From positions 2,604,001 to 2,668,000 of the forward strand of contig NC_086098.1 of NCBI RefSeq assembly GCF_963921235.1: 64,000 nucleotides of DNA, given 5' to 3'. Position 1 is the first letter of the stretch, and each line of letters opens with the position of its first letter. The translations under genes and the position numbers were made by a program. This stretch comes from Mobula hypostoma. Taxonomy: Eukaryota. The notes under the pieces were generated by a model. That model had not been told where the DNA came from, did no database searches, and saw nothing but the letters and a program-made list of their open reading frames with translations. Positions 37,355 through 50,919 of the stretch are shown piece by piece.

Positions 37355-38372
37355 TTAGAATATAGAACATATTGCACACAGCACAGTACAGTCCCTTCAG
37401 CCCACAATGTTTTGCCAGCCATTGATTCTACCCTAAGATCAATCCGACCATTCCCTCCTACATTGCCTCCATTTTGCCATTACCCATATACTTGTCTAAA
37501 AATCAGAATCAGAATCGTGTTTAATATCACCGACACATTGTGAAATTTGTTAACAGCAGCAGCAGTACAGTGCAATACATAATAATAGTTTAGAAAACCT
37601 GTGAATTACTGTCAGTATATATATATTATATAAATAGTTAACTTAAGTAAGTAATGCAAAAACAGAAATAAGAAATAGTGAGGTAGTGTTCACGGGTTCA
37701 ATGCCCATGGCAGAGGGGAAGGAGCTGTTCTGAATTGCTGAGTGTGTGTCTTCAGACTTCTAGATTCCCTTCCTGATGGTAGCAATGAGAAGAGGGCATG
37801 ATGATAGGGGTTCTTAATGACGGAAGCAATCTTTTTGAGGTTCTGCTCCCTGAGGGTATCTTGGATACTATGGAGGCTGGTACCCATGATGGAGCTGACT
37901 AAGTTTACAACTCTGCACAGCTTACTTCATTCTGTGGAGTAGCCCCCCACCCCACCGCCCCCATACCAGCTGGCGATGCTGCCAGTCAGAATGCTCTCCA
38001 TGAAACATTAATATGCATCGATATGTTGGGGCCCGGTAACGTCCTCAGAGATATTAACACCAAGGAACTTCAAATTCTCCACTCTCTCCACTTCTGATCC
38101 CCCTCTAACAGGACCTAATAATTCCTCTCAAATGTTCTTAATGTATCTGCCTCTACCACCCTCCACGTACCCACCACTCTCCATGTAAAAATTTTAACTC
38201 TGACATCTGCCCCGCCCGTACTTTCCTCTAATCATCTTAAAATTATGCCCCCTCATTTTAGCTGTCTCCACCCTGGGAAGACGTCATGCTTATTGTCATC
38301 TTGTACATTCTATCAAGTTACTTCTCATCCTCCAAAGAGAAAAGCCCTAACTCGCTTAACCTATCCTCATAG
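37355..38372 (-). mobile_element. Decayed CR1 3' part with a nested Rex1/Babar fragment (~37500-38110)
   Basis: CR1 tail at ~37355; Rex1 motif HHALFSLLPSGR..SLKTHT and (ATTCTG)n tail. Confidence 0.75.
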
Positions 38373-38639
38373 AGAAATATTTAATTATTTTTACAGAAAA
38401 TCAGTATAAATGCGTGCCATATTCCTCAGTTAATACTACGATCAAGAAAATGTGTGGTGGAAATTTCACTCGACTCCTTTGCTCACAGGTTGAGGGAGGG
38501 AGCAGTAAGAACCTCGTGCTGGATATGGATCAGGCAAGAGGAGTTGAGCTGGAAGTCAGGAGCAGATGGACAGTGACTTGGCCACCAGTGCTGACCCGCC
38601 AACTGGACAGAGTAGTGCTTAAGGGTTGAAAGAGTCTGA

Positions 38640-41600
38640 GTGAGTGCCCACTCTCACGCCCTAATCCATTCATCAAGGGAAGAGAGGACCAGATGGCCTA
38701 GATCTTCAGACAATCTATCTTGGAAGCAGTTTGATGACGACCTTCATTGTATCTTGGAAGCTACATTTGCAGGACCTGTCTACAGGAAAATTGAGTCCCG
38801 CACAGCCATTGTGTTCAACTTTACTAAAGTGCAATTTGGCCCAATGGAGAAGAAAGGGGATCTTAAATCATCATGGCAACCAAACAGGAAGGAAAGGGAG
38901 GTTCACCACCTGAGATGCAAGACAAAGACCCTGAACGAACAATTCAAAAACAGTTCGCCTGACCAAAAGGAAACTGTCACAGATCTAAGCAGCAAACTGC
39001 GGGAACAGCTGGACAGGCTTAGGAGGGAGGAGCAGCTGTGAAAGCGAAGAAGAGCGCAGTTTGTTAAAGACCCATTCGGGTCCACCAGGGCTCCTCTCAG
39101 CCAGCGAAAATCTGGCATCCTAGCCAGCTCAAAGCAATAGGTGGCATAATTTCTGCAGGAATCACACAGCAATCCTTGTGGGAATCAGGGACTAGAATTC
39201 AATCCAAAAGTCCCCCAACCATGATTCCCAGCAACTGAGCGGAATGCAGCAGAGCCCATGTGGCAGGAGGTCCGGGATATCATCAAGAGAGCAAAGTCAT
39301 CTGTTATCCCAGAACCAAGTGGTGTACACTATACGGTATATAAGAAATGCCCAAAACTCATAGAAACATAGAAACGTAGAAAACCTGCAGCACAATACAG
39401 GCCCTTCAGCCCACAAAGCTGTGCCAAACATGTACTTACTTTAGAAATTACCGAGGGTTACCCATAGCCCTCTATTTTTCTAAGCTCCATGTACCCATCC
39501 AGGAGTCTCTTAAAAGACCCTGTTGTATCCACCTCCACCACCGCTGCCAGCAGCCCATTCCACACACTCACCACTCTCTGCGTAAAAAACTTACCCCTGA
39601 CTTCTCCTCTGTGCCTACCTCCAAGCAACTTAAAACTGTGCCCTCTTGTGCTAGCTATTTCAGCCCTGGGAAAAAGCCTCTGACTATCCTCTCTATCCTA
39701 TCAATGCCTCTCATCATCTTATACACCTCTATCAGGTCACCTCTCATCCTCCGACGCTCCAAGGAGAAAAGGCCAAGTTCACTCAACCTGTTCTCATAAG
39801 GCATGCTCCCCAATCCAGGAAACATCCTTGTAAATCTCCTCTGCATCCTTTCTATGGTTTCCACATCCTTCTGGTAGTGAGGTGACCAGAACTGAGCACA
39901 GTACTCCAAGTGGGGTCTGACCAAAGTCCTATATAGCTGCTCTAGAGGTTGTGAAAGATAATGAGGAAGATTTGGATCAAAGGCTCTATCCCACCAAGCT
40001 GGAAAATGGCTGAAGGATGCTTTGTTCCCAAGGAACAAGATTCCTCTACAATCACCCAGATTAGGACAATCTCCCTCCTCAGCATGGAGTGCAAGTTATT
40101 CTTCTTGGTGCTTGCGAGGTCTGAACTCTTACTTAATGGTGAACCACTGTATCACACGTCCATCCAGAAAGGTGGTGTCCTGGGTTTTTCTCGGTGCCTT
40201 GAACACACCTCAGTAATCAGCTAATTGATCTACAGAAGAAAGGCACCAAACAGTTGTCTGGTTAGACCTAGCCAGAACCTACAGATCAATTCTACACATC
40301 CTCATCCAAGTTGGCCTGGACCACTAGCATATCCCGCCAGTAACGTGAGGCACAGTCACCAGCTACCTTGGAGAACTCAAGATATGCTTCACTTCAGCCC
40401 ACTTTAAACCAGGAGGTAAGACCACCAAAAAAGGGATTCCAACCAGCTGTACCATCTCCCCCGTCTTGCTTGTCGTGGGGATGAACCTCCTCATATCAGC
40501 AGCAGCTGACGCAACCCAAGCCCCAGTAGTGGAGCCTGGCATCCGACAGCCTGCAATATGGGTGTTCATGGGCAACATCACAGTAACCACTGTAACCCAC
40601 GTCTTAGCAAGCTGGGACAACCCAGTAAAGTGGTTTTCATGCAGCAATGACAGACAGTGCCAACATCACCAACACTGCAAATCAGACTGAAGAGTGGCTG
40701 AAGAAGATCAACAAAACCGGACTCCCTGGTAAATTTAAGACATGGCTGAACCAACATGCTCTTCTACCAAGGCTGCTCTGGCTTTTAATGGTGTACGAGT
40801 TTCCCATGCTGTCTGTAGAAGGCATCGAGAGGACAGTTAACAAGCAGCTGCGGAGCTGCTGAGGATTCCTCCCTCCCCCAGGTTTTTCTTCAGTGGGGCT
40901 CTACATAAGATCAATTAGGGTCCTCTCCAACGATGCAAAACATCTTTAACACACAACGGTTTAGGTGTTGCCACGACCAGGTCCTACCGTCCCTAGCTGA
41001 CATACTGGAGCGGGAGAGGTGTAAAAGACACCAGCCGGTAGAGAGGCAAACAGGGCAGTCATTTTCATCAAAGAGAGGGCCATGCCAGTCATATCAAAGA
41101 GACGTCAATCCAATCTGCTGTAAAGTCCCAAATCTTGGGACGTGAGGGTCGATGTGGGGAGGTAGCTGCAGTTCCCGGAGGTGGTGCAAACCACGCTTCG
41201 ACCAGACATCATACCATGGTCCACCAAAGACAAGAAGATCATCCTGGTGGGGCTCACAGTACCAAGGGAGAAAGGATGCGAGGAGGCTCATGAGAGGAAG
41301 GCCCTGAAGTCCCAGTCCGTAGTCCAGGAGTGCAGAGACAAAGAGTAGCAGACGTCGATATTCCCTGTGTGATCAGCCGTAGAGGGTTTCCAGCAAGGTT
41401 GGCATGGAGGTTGCTGTCCACGCTGGTCCTCGATGAAAAGAGCAGGAACCAAGCAGCCCACAGGAGGGGGAGGAAGCAGAAAGAGCCGCTTGCTGGGTAT
41501 AGAGCAGGCGAGAGGAGTTGAACTCGATGTCAGGGCAAATGGGCAGTGATTTCAGTGACTTGGCCACCACTGCTGACCCTTCAGCTGGAGAGTGCAGTGG

Positions 41601-41750
41601 TTAAGGGTTGAAACACTCTATGAAGTTTGGGCATCCCCAGAGGACATTAACTCCTGACCAAAGGCTCTGGTTACCTCATCAGGTAACTGTAGAGAGCACC
41701 CCGGTGTATGATGCAAGCTGTTTTTCACATATGCCAGATGAGTTTGCAAT
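38640..41750 (+). mobile_element. Hero-type (R2 group, restriction-like endonuclease) non-LTR retrotransposon, decayed
   Basis: RWPRSSD..WKQFDDDL, WKMAEGCFVPKE..RTISLLS, QKGGVLGFSRCLEHT, TGLPGKFKTW..LLPRLLW, HDQVL, LRPDI..LTVP..AHERK. Confidence 0.8.
39359..39942 (-). mobile_element. CR1 3' part inserted in the Hero element
   Basis: LYRTLVRPHLEYCAQFWSP; (TTTCTATG)n tail. Confidence 0.92.
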
Positions 41751-41864
41751 AAATCCAAAGATAACACTGAAAACATGCAATTAAAAAAAGACAATGTTAT
41801 GGTTGATAATGTGGCCAAGAAATTTGTTCTAAACACAAATTTCAAATATTAGTATTGGTTCAGT

Positions 41865-42030
41865 TAGAGAATTGTGGGCATGTTGTGTTGGTGTTGGTGC
41901 CGGAAGCGTGGCAACATTCGAGAGCTGCCAGTATAATGTTCACTGATTTGATTTGACGCAAATGGCACATTCTATTGCATGTTTTGATGTATTTGTGATA
42001 AATAAAGCTAATCTTTAATCTTTAATCTTA
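41865..42030 (+). mobile_element. SINE 3' fragment
   Basis: AATAAAGCT(AATCTTT)n tail; similar to ~31200-31335. Confidence 0.55.
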
Positions 42031-42699
42031 CCCTGAAGCTGCAAAAATATTTGTTGTTCCCCATGCCCAGAAAATAAGCAACTCGCTCAGAAGCTTTGCA
42101 AAGAACAAACTATATCTACTGTAGGCAAAATGCAACTCTGAATGAAAATGACAGCAGAATACAAAACAGAAGAAAAAAACAAGGCAGTGACATTGGCAGA
42201 GAGGCTGAGATTGATGAGAATGCCTCCACTGTGATCAATTAGTTGGATTCTTATCTTTGAGATTTGATGCAAGATAGCTTGTTAACTTGCAAAGCATCTG
42301 GTCACTAGGGTGGTATGATTTCAGAAAGCCACTCGGCTCTGCTTCTAGGGTTTACTGATACCAGTCAGCTGTGGCAAGTTGTAGCAGTGGCTTGTCTCTC
42401 CAGCACAGCCCCTGGTTATAACCTTGATTGACAGATCTGTCTACTCCAGAAAGCAACATCTGCTACATCCCCTGGAGTGGATGGATAATATTTTCCCCAG
42501 CACTAATGTATGTTTTCATTATTGATTCATTCTTTCTTTGTGAATCTTTGCAATATTTTTGCATATTCTTCTTAAAAATTATAAAGAAGTATGTAATTAT
42601 TTTGTATTTATAATTTTTACGTAACGGCTGAAGGATACAGTAGCTATATGGGAAAGAATGTGATTACAGATCATTTGCATGGAATAGGAGCAGAGATTA

Positions 42700-42885
42700 T
42701 TAACACAAGAAATTCTGCAGATGCTCGAAATCTAAAGCAACACACACAAAAATGCTGGAGGAACTCAGTAGAACAGGCAGCATCTATCGAAATGAAACAA
42801 CAGTTGACATTTCGGGCTGAGACCCTTCAACAGGATTGGAAAGGAAGGGGGAAGATGCCAGAATAAGAAGGTGGGTGGAGGACAG
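42700..42885 (-). mobile_element. Penelope-type terminal repeat, decayed hammerhead
   Basis: Collinear with 33296-33430. Confidence 0.75.
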
Positions 42886-43044
42886 TCTGGGATTTGTAAA
42901 GAATTTTGGCAGCAATTCTGCACTGAGCTGTCAGCCTCTCCCACATACAACATTGGAAGCCCCATTTTTGCCAGTGGTGGTTACATGACAGTCTCCCAGC
43001 TGTGATCTACACTTTGTACAACTCAAGAAGAAGACAATGAAGAA

Positions 43045-43327
43045 TAGTTTTATTTATCACATGTACACAGTGAAATGCATCAACAACCAAGAGTCCAAGG
43101 ATGCGCAAGGGGCAGCCCACAAGCGCCATCATGCTCTGGTGCCAACACTACATACCCACAACTCACTACCCCTAACCTGGGCATCGTTAGAACATGGGAG
43201 GAAGATGGAGCAGCTGGCGGAAACCCATACGGTCATGGGGAGAGTATACAAACAGCAGAGGGAATTGAATTCTGAGCGTTGGTGCTGTAAAGCATTCTGC
43301 TAACTGCTACTCTACAGTAACGCCCCA
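43045..43327 (-). mobile_element. SINE, decayed
   Basis: Similar to 63510-63790. Confidence 0.65.
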
Positions 43328-43539
43328 TAGACTTTGTGAAACATAAAATATGAAATGCCCTTTACAAATTTAGAAAGATCTTTATTTTTGGCAGCAATAA
43401 TATTTTGTCATCTGTTTTAGACAAATGAAGTCTCTCATAAATATTTTAATAATTCTGTCATCCAAACTTACTGCATGAACATTTACGGTTCTACATGGAC
43501 TGGAGTTAAATATTCACAGAACTCAACATGTGTAATATG

Positions 43540-43790
43540 TTTTTTCCCAGTTTACTTCCCAGCTCTTTGCTTCATTCCCTCCCCCTCCAGTTTTCACCTA
43601 TCACCTGGTATTTCTCTCTCCTCTCCCCCCCCGCCACATTTTAAATCTACTCCTCAGCTTTTTTTCTCCCACCCTGTCAAGGGGTTTTGGGCCGAAAAGT
43701 CAACAGTACTCTTTGCCTGGCTGACGGAGTTCCTCCAGCATTTTGTGAGTGTTACTCAGGTTTCCAGCATCCGCCGATTTCCTCGTTTGT
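43540..43790 (+). mobile_element. Penelope-type 3' region, decayed hammerhead
   Basis: cctgtcaagggg..gccgaaaagtc..gagttcctccagcattttgtg. Confidence 0.7.
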
Positions 43791-46051
43791 CGCATTTATC
43801 AGTATCACAATGTAATAAAGGGAATTACAGAGGCATGAGACAGGAGCTTGCCCAGGTGGATTGGAAATGGATATTGGTAGAGATGATGGCAGAACAAAGA
43901 TGGCTGAAGATTCTGAGAATTGTTCATAAGGCGTATGATAGATATATGCCTCAGAAGAAGAAGTTCTCAGATGACAAGGGTAAGCAATTGTGGCTGACAA
44001 GAGAACCTAAGAACTTCATAAAAGCCAAGGAAAGAGCATATAAGGTAGCAAAAGTCAGTGGAAGTTGGATGATTGAGACACTTTTAAAATCCAACAAAAG
44101 GCAACTAAAAAAGCAATCGGAAGGGAAAAGATGAAATATGAGGGCAATCTAGCCAATAATATGGAGCAGAATACCAAAGGTTTTTTTCATTTATATAAAG
44201 AATAAAATGGAAGTGAGAGTTAATATTGGACTACTGGAAAATGACATTGGTGACATAGTAATGGGGGACAAAGAAATGTCAGATGGACTTAATGGGTACT
44301 TTGCATCTGTCTTTGCTGTGGAAAACACTAGTGTTGTGCCAGAGGTCCATGAGTGTCAGGGAGCAAGAGTCAGTGCCATTGCTATTACAAAGGAAAAAGT
44401 GCGAGGCAAACTGAAAGGTCTTAAGGTGGATAAGTCACATCGACCAGATGGACTACATCCCAGAGTCCTGAGAGAGGTTGCAGAAGAGATAACAGATACA
44501 TTAGTCATGATCTTTCAAGAATCACTTGATTCTGGCATGAAACCAGAGGACTGGAAGATGGCAAATGTCACTTCACTCTTTAAGAAGGGAGGAAGGCAAA
44601 AGAAAGGAAATTATAGACAAGTTAGCCTAACCTCAGTGGTTGGGAAAGTGATGGAGTCCATTATTAAGGATCAAGATTCAGGGTACTTGGAGACTAAGGA
44701 TCAAATAAGTCAAAATCAGCATGGTTTATGTAAAGGGAAGTCTTGCCTGACAAATCTGTTAGAGTTATTTGAGGAAGTAACAATCAAGGTGGGCAAAGGA
44801 GGGACAGTGGATGTCCTTTGCTTCGATTTTCAGAAGGCATTTGATAAGGTGCCGCACATGAGGCTGCTTAACAAGACAAAATTCCATGGTGTTACAGAAA
44901 AGATACTGTCATGGATAGAGGAATGGCTGACCAGCAGGAGGCAATGAGTGGGAATAAAAGAGGCCTTTTCTGGTTGGCTGCCAGTGACTAGTGGTGTTCC
45001 TTAGGGGTCAGTATTGGGACCACTACTTTTCACATTGTTTGTCAATGATTTGGATAATGGAATTGATGGCTTTGTTGCAAAGTTTGCGGAATTGATGGCT
45101 TTGTTGCAAAGATAGGTGGACGGGTGGGTAGTGCTGAGGAAGCAATGTGATTGCAGCAGGACCTAGACAAATTGGAAGAATGGGCAAAAAGTGGCAGATG
45201 GAATCCAGTGTTGGGAAATGTATGATAACGCATTTTGGTAAAATGAGCTATAGTGTGGAGTATAATCTAAATGGGGAGAAATTTCAAACATGAAAGGTGC
45301 AGAGGGACTTTGGAGTACTTGTGCAAGAATCCCAGAAGTTAATTTATAGGGTGAGTCTGTGGTAAGGAAGACAAATGTAATGCTGGCATTTATTTCAATG
45401 GGAATAGAATATAAAAGCATGGAGATAAGCAAGGAGTACAGAAGGGACAAGCAGAGTGGCCATTGTCGGGAGTAGGCCAGTGGTGAGAGTAGAAGCGTCA
45501 GACTTCGGCTCAAATGAGGCTTCGGCTCTGAAGAGGCTGTGGGTAAGCTTCTCTTAAGTTTTTCTTTTTGTTTTTCTCGTACTGTACCTGGTATAATAAA
45601 TGGAGGTTGTGTGTTCTTCCAGCCGGATGTTGGAGAACTGGAAGACCCAGAGTTTCCCAGGCAACTGCATCTGTAGGAAGTGCATCCGGCTGCAGCTCCT
45701 TGAAGACCGTGTTGGGGATCTGGAGCAGCAGCTGGATGACCTTCGGCTTGTATCGGAGTGTGAGGAGATAATTGATCAAAGTTACAGGGAAGTAACCACA
45801 CTGAAGTTGCAGGAGGTGAGTAACTGGGTGACCGTCAGGAGAAATGGAAATGGGCAGTTAGAGTAGAGCACACCTGTGGCTATTCCCCTTAAATATAAGT
45901 ATACCGCTTTGGATACTTTTGTTGGGGATGACCTCCCGGGAGAAAGCCATGGTGACCGGGTTACAGGCACTGAGCATGGGTCCGTGGTGCAGAAGGGAAA
46001 GAAAGAGAAGAAGGGAATGTTAGTGATAGAGGACTCAATAGTGAGGGGAAT

Positions 46052-46819
46052 TGTTATGATTTCGTAATGTACCAGCAGCAAGAGATGACAAATTGAGTCG
46101 GGTTTTAATATTAAATCCTCTACATTTATTTACGTCTACTCAAAAATATAAAAAATTAAATAAACTACTTTCTTAAACGGAAGTTAACAGTGTTATGTGT
46201 CTATAGCTCCCTTACAGTCAAACTTAGAACCTGTTCTTAACAAATCTTACTCAAGCACAGTTTGAAGTGGCAGTTCAGAGAGTCCCAGTAATTCATAAAA
46301 TAGGTGAGAGGAGAGACTTGTGGATTCACAATGCAGCGACGAGGTGATCACGACGAATTCCAAAGATTCCACGTCTATCGAACGAAAAAATGGTTACCGA
46401 AGATCCCAGCCAAGGGATACTGTTCCGAAGTCCACGAAGAGTGATTTCACAAAGTGACTGTCTCGAAATCCACATCCAAAGATCATACGAAGGACAGACA
46501 CGTCTCCACAATGCACAGTGTGATGCTGATTAACCCAATCCTTTGGGTATGGGTAAGCATTAGACTTTACCCTTCTTGATCGTGAGTTGTTCCTGGATAG
46601 CTCCAAAACTGCAATCTTCACACTCTGTCTCTCTCTCTTTCCTTCGACTCCTTCTCAGCATTATGCCCACATTTCTTTTATACCGTCGGCATATGTCATA
46701 AGGTAATGCTCACAGAAACGAAACTGTGGACTCCCAGTAAAACGAAACTGGGGACATGTGACACCCACAGTAAAAGAAACTATGGACTCCCAGGAAAATG
46801 AAACTGTGGACATGTAACA
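46052..46819 (-). repeat. 3' LTR
   Basis: tgtta..taaca ends; polypurine tract TTGGGGAGAGG adjacent (46820-46830, minus strand). Confidence 0.92.
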
Positions 46820-46996
46820 CCTCTCCCCAAGAAGAAAACATTTTAATCTGTAAGAGCAAAATTTTAACTACAATCTACAATATGTGGAACAATACATATA
46901 CGGTTATCATACAGCACACTAGAAACTAATACAACATATTGCAGGAGCATATACAAATATTAAATTCCACTCCATTATTAAAATTACATTGCAAAT

Positions 46997-47245
46997 TTAA
47001 CATCTGGAAAGACGATCAGCAATTACATTATCTTTGCCTTTAATGTGAGTTATCGTGAGATCATACTCTTGCAAAATAAAACTCCAATTCAGCAACTTTC
47101 TATTTTTGTTTTTTAACTTACTCAAGAACACCAATGGATTATGTTCTGTATAAACCACAAGTGGTTTCTGAGCTGTGCAAACATACACATCAAAATGCCG
47201 CAAAGCCAAAATAAGTGATAATAATTCCTTCTCTATGGTGGAACA
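46997..47245 (-). pseudogene. Gypsy RNase H C-terminal remnant
   Basis: VYTEHNPL..WSFILQEY..HIKGKDNVIADRLSR. Confidence 0.85.
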
Positions 47246-47246
47246 A

Positions 47247-47460
47247 GTGTGGGCACGTGGCCAAGTGGTTAAGGCATTGGACTAGCTACCTGAAGGTTGT
47301 GAGTTCGAGCCCCAGCCGAGGGAACATGTTGTGTCTTGAGCAAGACAATTAATCACACATTGCTCTGCGACAACACTGGTGCCAAGCTGTATGGGTCCTA
47401 ATGCCCTTCCCTTGGACAACATCAGTGTCGTGGAGAGAGGAGACTTGCAGCATGGGCAAC
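47247..47460 (+). mobile_element. SINE family X, 3'-truncated, at the Gypsy RT deletion junction
   Basis: Reverse complement of ~11866-12073. Confidence 0.9.
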
Positions 47461-48240
47461 GTGGTGACTAAACACAAGTTCAAAGGGACTAAAGCCTAGG
47501 GACTCTTGTACTGACTCCCTTACTTCACATAAAAGCAAATGAACTCTTTCATCCCAATCCTTCTCATTTTCAATATAGAATGTCCTAATCATGGTTTTGA
47601 GGGTAGAATGGAATCTCCCTGAGGCCCCTTGGGATTCTGGATGATACGCAGACAATGTAATCTATTTGGCTCCCAGCTTGTAAACTACCTGCTGGAATAA
47701 TCCTGACATAAAATTACTCCCTTAATCAGACTGAATTTCTTTAGGCAAACCAAATAAAGTAAAAAACCGTACGAGAGCCTTTGACACAGCTTTGGCTTTT
47801 ATATTTCTGAGAGCTATTGCCTCTGGATATCTAGATGCTGTACACATGATAGTTAGCAAATACTGATGACCAGCTTTAGTCTTTGGCAATGGGCTAACAC
47901 AATCCCCAATAACTTTAGAAAAGGGTTCACCAAATGCAGGAATAGGCTGCCGTGAGGCCACTGGGGTGACCTGATTAGGTTTACCCACAACTTGACAAGT
48001 GTGACAAGTCCTGCAAAATGTTGCAACATCTTTCCTCAAACTAGCCAGAAGGATTGTTTTAAAACTTTGTTCGCAGTTTTCTTCACACCTGGATGGACAC
48101 TCAAGGGTTTACTTTGGGCCAAAGTTAAAATCTCATTCCTATAGGCTTTAGGAACTACAACCTGGTGAACAATTGCCCATTCCTCACTTTCAGAAATATC
48201 AGGTGGTCTCCACTTCCTCATTAACGCTCCATCTTTGAAA
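47461..48240 (-). pseudogene. Gypsy integrase
   Basis: HPGVKKT..CRTCHTCQ zinc-binding region, IGDCV, EIQSD, SAYHPESQG..HSTLK, GFSPFELVF. Confidence 0.9.
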
Positions 48241-48854
48241 TATTACCCAACTGTCACTTTATCAATCTCCTCACCTGAGAAAGCTTTTTCTCTTAAAGCT
48301 TCAATCTCAGGATCTCTGCTCTGTTCTGCTATAAACTCCTTCCTGGACAGAGATAAATCTTTATTATCAGATTTAATCCCTGGATCCTGCTGAAACAATG
48401 AAGGCAGAAAAGTCCCTGACAAATCATCAATATCTGATTCCCTATTTGGGCTATCATGAGTAGCCGAATCATTCTGTACAGGATCATCTGCATTGGCAAG
48501 TTTCTTGGCCCCAGCTCGAGTTACTGCACACGAGGGATAAATGTTAGGGTCTATCTTTGAATCATCATTGATTGGTTTAGTTGTCAGCTGTACTGCAGGA
48601 ACAACTTTACCACCTGCTAGGTCATTCCCTAACAACAAAGAAACACCTTCCACTGGTAAACTGGGTCGTAGTCCTACTTTAACAAGTCCTGAAACTAACT
48701 CTGACTTCAAAATTACCTTGTGCAGAGGTACAGGAACAACGTCGCACTCAATACCTCGAATAAGATTTACCTCACCAGTGGCAGTCTCATCACCAAACTT
48801 TAGAACACTGTCTACCATAAGTGACTGAGAAGCCCCAGTATCTCGAACAATTTT

Positions 48855-50287
48855 AGGAAATTATAGACCTGTTAGCTTAACATCAGTGGTCGGGAAGTTG
48901 TTGGAGTCAATTGTCAAGGATGAGGTTACAGAGTACCTGGAGGCATATGACAAGATAGGCAGAACTCAGCATGGATTCCTTAAAGGAATATCCTGCCTGA
49001 CAAACCTATTACAATTTTTTGAGGAAATTACCAGTAGGCTAGACAAGGGAGATGCAGTGGAAGTTTTATATTTGGATTTTCAGAAGGCCTTTGACAAGGT
49101 GCCACACATGAGGCTACTTAACAAAATAAGAGCCCATGGAATTACGGGAAAGTTACATACGTGGATAGAGCGTTGGCTGATTGGCAGGAAACAGGAAGTG
49201 GGAATAAAGGGATCCTATTCTGGTTGGCTGCCGGTTACCAGTGGTTTTCCACAGGGATCAGTGTTGGGGCCGCTTCTTTTTACATTGTACATCAACGATT
49301 TGGATTATGGAATAGATGGCTTTGTGGCTAAGTTTGCTGACGATACGAAGATAGGTGGAGGGGCCAGTAGTGCTGAGGAAATGGACAGTCTGCAGTGAGA
49401 CTTGGATAGATTGGAAGAATGGGCAGAGAAGTGGCAAATGAAGTACAATGTTGGAAAGTGTATGGTTATGCACTTTGGCAGAAAAAATAAACGGGCAGAC
49501 TATTATTTAAATGGGGAAAGAATTCAAAGTTCTGAGATGCAACAGGACTTGGGAGTCCTTGTACAGGATACCCTTAAAGTTAACCTCCAGGTTGAGTCAG
49601 TAGTGAAGAAGGCGAATGCAATGTTGGCATTCATTTCTAGAGGAATAGAGTATAGGAGCAGGGATGTGATGTTGAGGCTCTATAAGGCGCTGGTGAGACC
49701 TCACATGGAGTACTGTGGGCAGTTTTGGTCTCCTTATTTAAGAAAGGATGTGCTGACGTTGGAGAGGGTACAGAGAAGATTCACTAGAATGATTCTGGGA
49801 ATGAGAGGGTTAACATATGAGGAACGTTTGTCCGCTCTTGGACTGTATTCCTTGGAGTTTAGAAGAATGAGGGGAGACCTCATAGAAACATTTTAAATGT
49901 TGAAAGGCATGGACAGAGTGGATGTGGCAAAGTTGTTTCCCATGATGGGGGAGTCTAGTACGAGAGGGCATGACTTATGGATTCAAGGGCACCCATTCAG
50001 AACAGAAATGCGAAGAAATTTTTTTAGTCAGAGGGTGGTGAATCTATGGAATTTGTTGCTACGGGCAGCAGTGGAGGCCAAGTCATTGGGTGTATTTAAG
50101 GCAGAGATTGATAGGTATCTGATTAGCCAGGGCATCAAAGGTTATGGTGAGAAGGCAGGGGAGTGGGACTAAATGGGAGAATGGATCAGCTCATGATAAA
50201 ATGGTGGAGCAGACTCGATGGGCCGAATGGCCTACTCTCGCTCCTTTGTCTTATGGTCTTATGGTCTAATTTTCACTGGTACCAGGG
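48855..50287 (+). mobile_element. CR1 RT/3' part inserted in the Gypsy protease
   Basis: Three collinear ORFs 48886-50172 separated by stops; aatttt on both flanks. Confidence 0.92.
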
Positions 50288-50919
50288 TTGACCCATCCTT
50301 TACTGAAACAAACTCATCTGATGTAAAATGAAGGAATTTTTTCCTAACCTAACCAGACGTTTTAGCCTTTGACAGAGCTTCATCAGAACGTGCAGTACCC
50401 TGTGGGTTCACGGGTGTTTCAACATTTTGAACACAGGCATCTGGAACTGCCTCCTTTTCCTTCTTTTTCAGAAGGAAACAGTTAGCCATAACATGACCAG
50501 GTTTCCTACAATAGGGACAAGTAGGACCAGAAGGCTTCTTCTTTCATTGTTTCCCTTCACTAGACCCAGATTTGATTTCTGGTTTACCATGACTATCCAT
50601 GCTACTTTTTTGGAAGCTCTTACTTGGAGTAACTTAAACTTGTGGATTAGAGCAAACTCATCTGCTAATTTAGCATATCTTTGCAAAGTGGCAGCATCCT
50701 TTCCATCTAAATATGCCTTTATATCATTATGGACGCACCTTTTAAATTCTTCAATTAAAATTAACTCTTTCAGTTTCTCAAGATTACCATCCATATTTTT
50801 AGATGTGCACCATCTTTCAAAACACACAGATTTCTCATAAGCAAATTCCACATGAGTCTGGTTTACAGATTTCTTCAAATTCCGAAACCTTTGTCTATAG
50901 GCTTCTGGAACCAGTTCAT

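Noticed and set aside
41600..41660. Possible ribozyme in the Hero 3'UTR (gttgaaacac..)
   Set aside because: No intact CUGANGA core or supporting stems
45059..45111. 24-bp direct repeat in CR1 RT
   Set aside because: Local slippage duplication in a dead copy; no sign of function
47247..47320. tRNA gene
   Set aside because: SINE head continuing into a SINE body; same for the heads near 12000-12075 and 14550-14622
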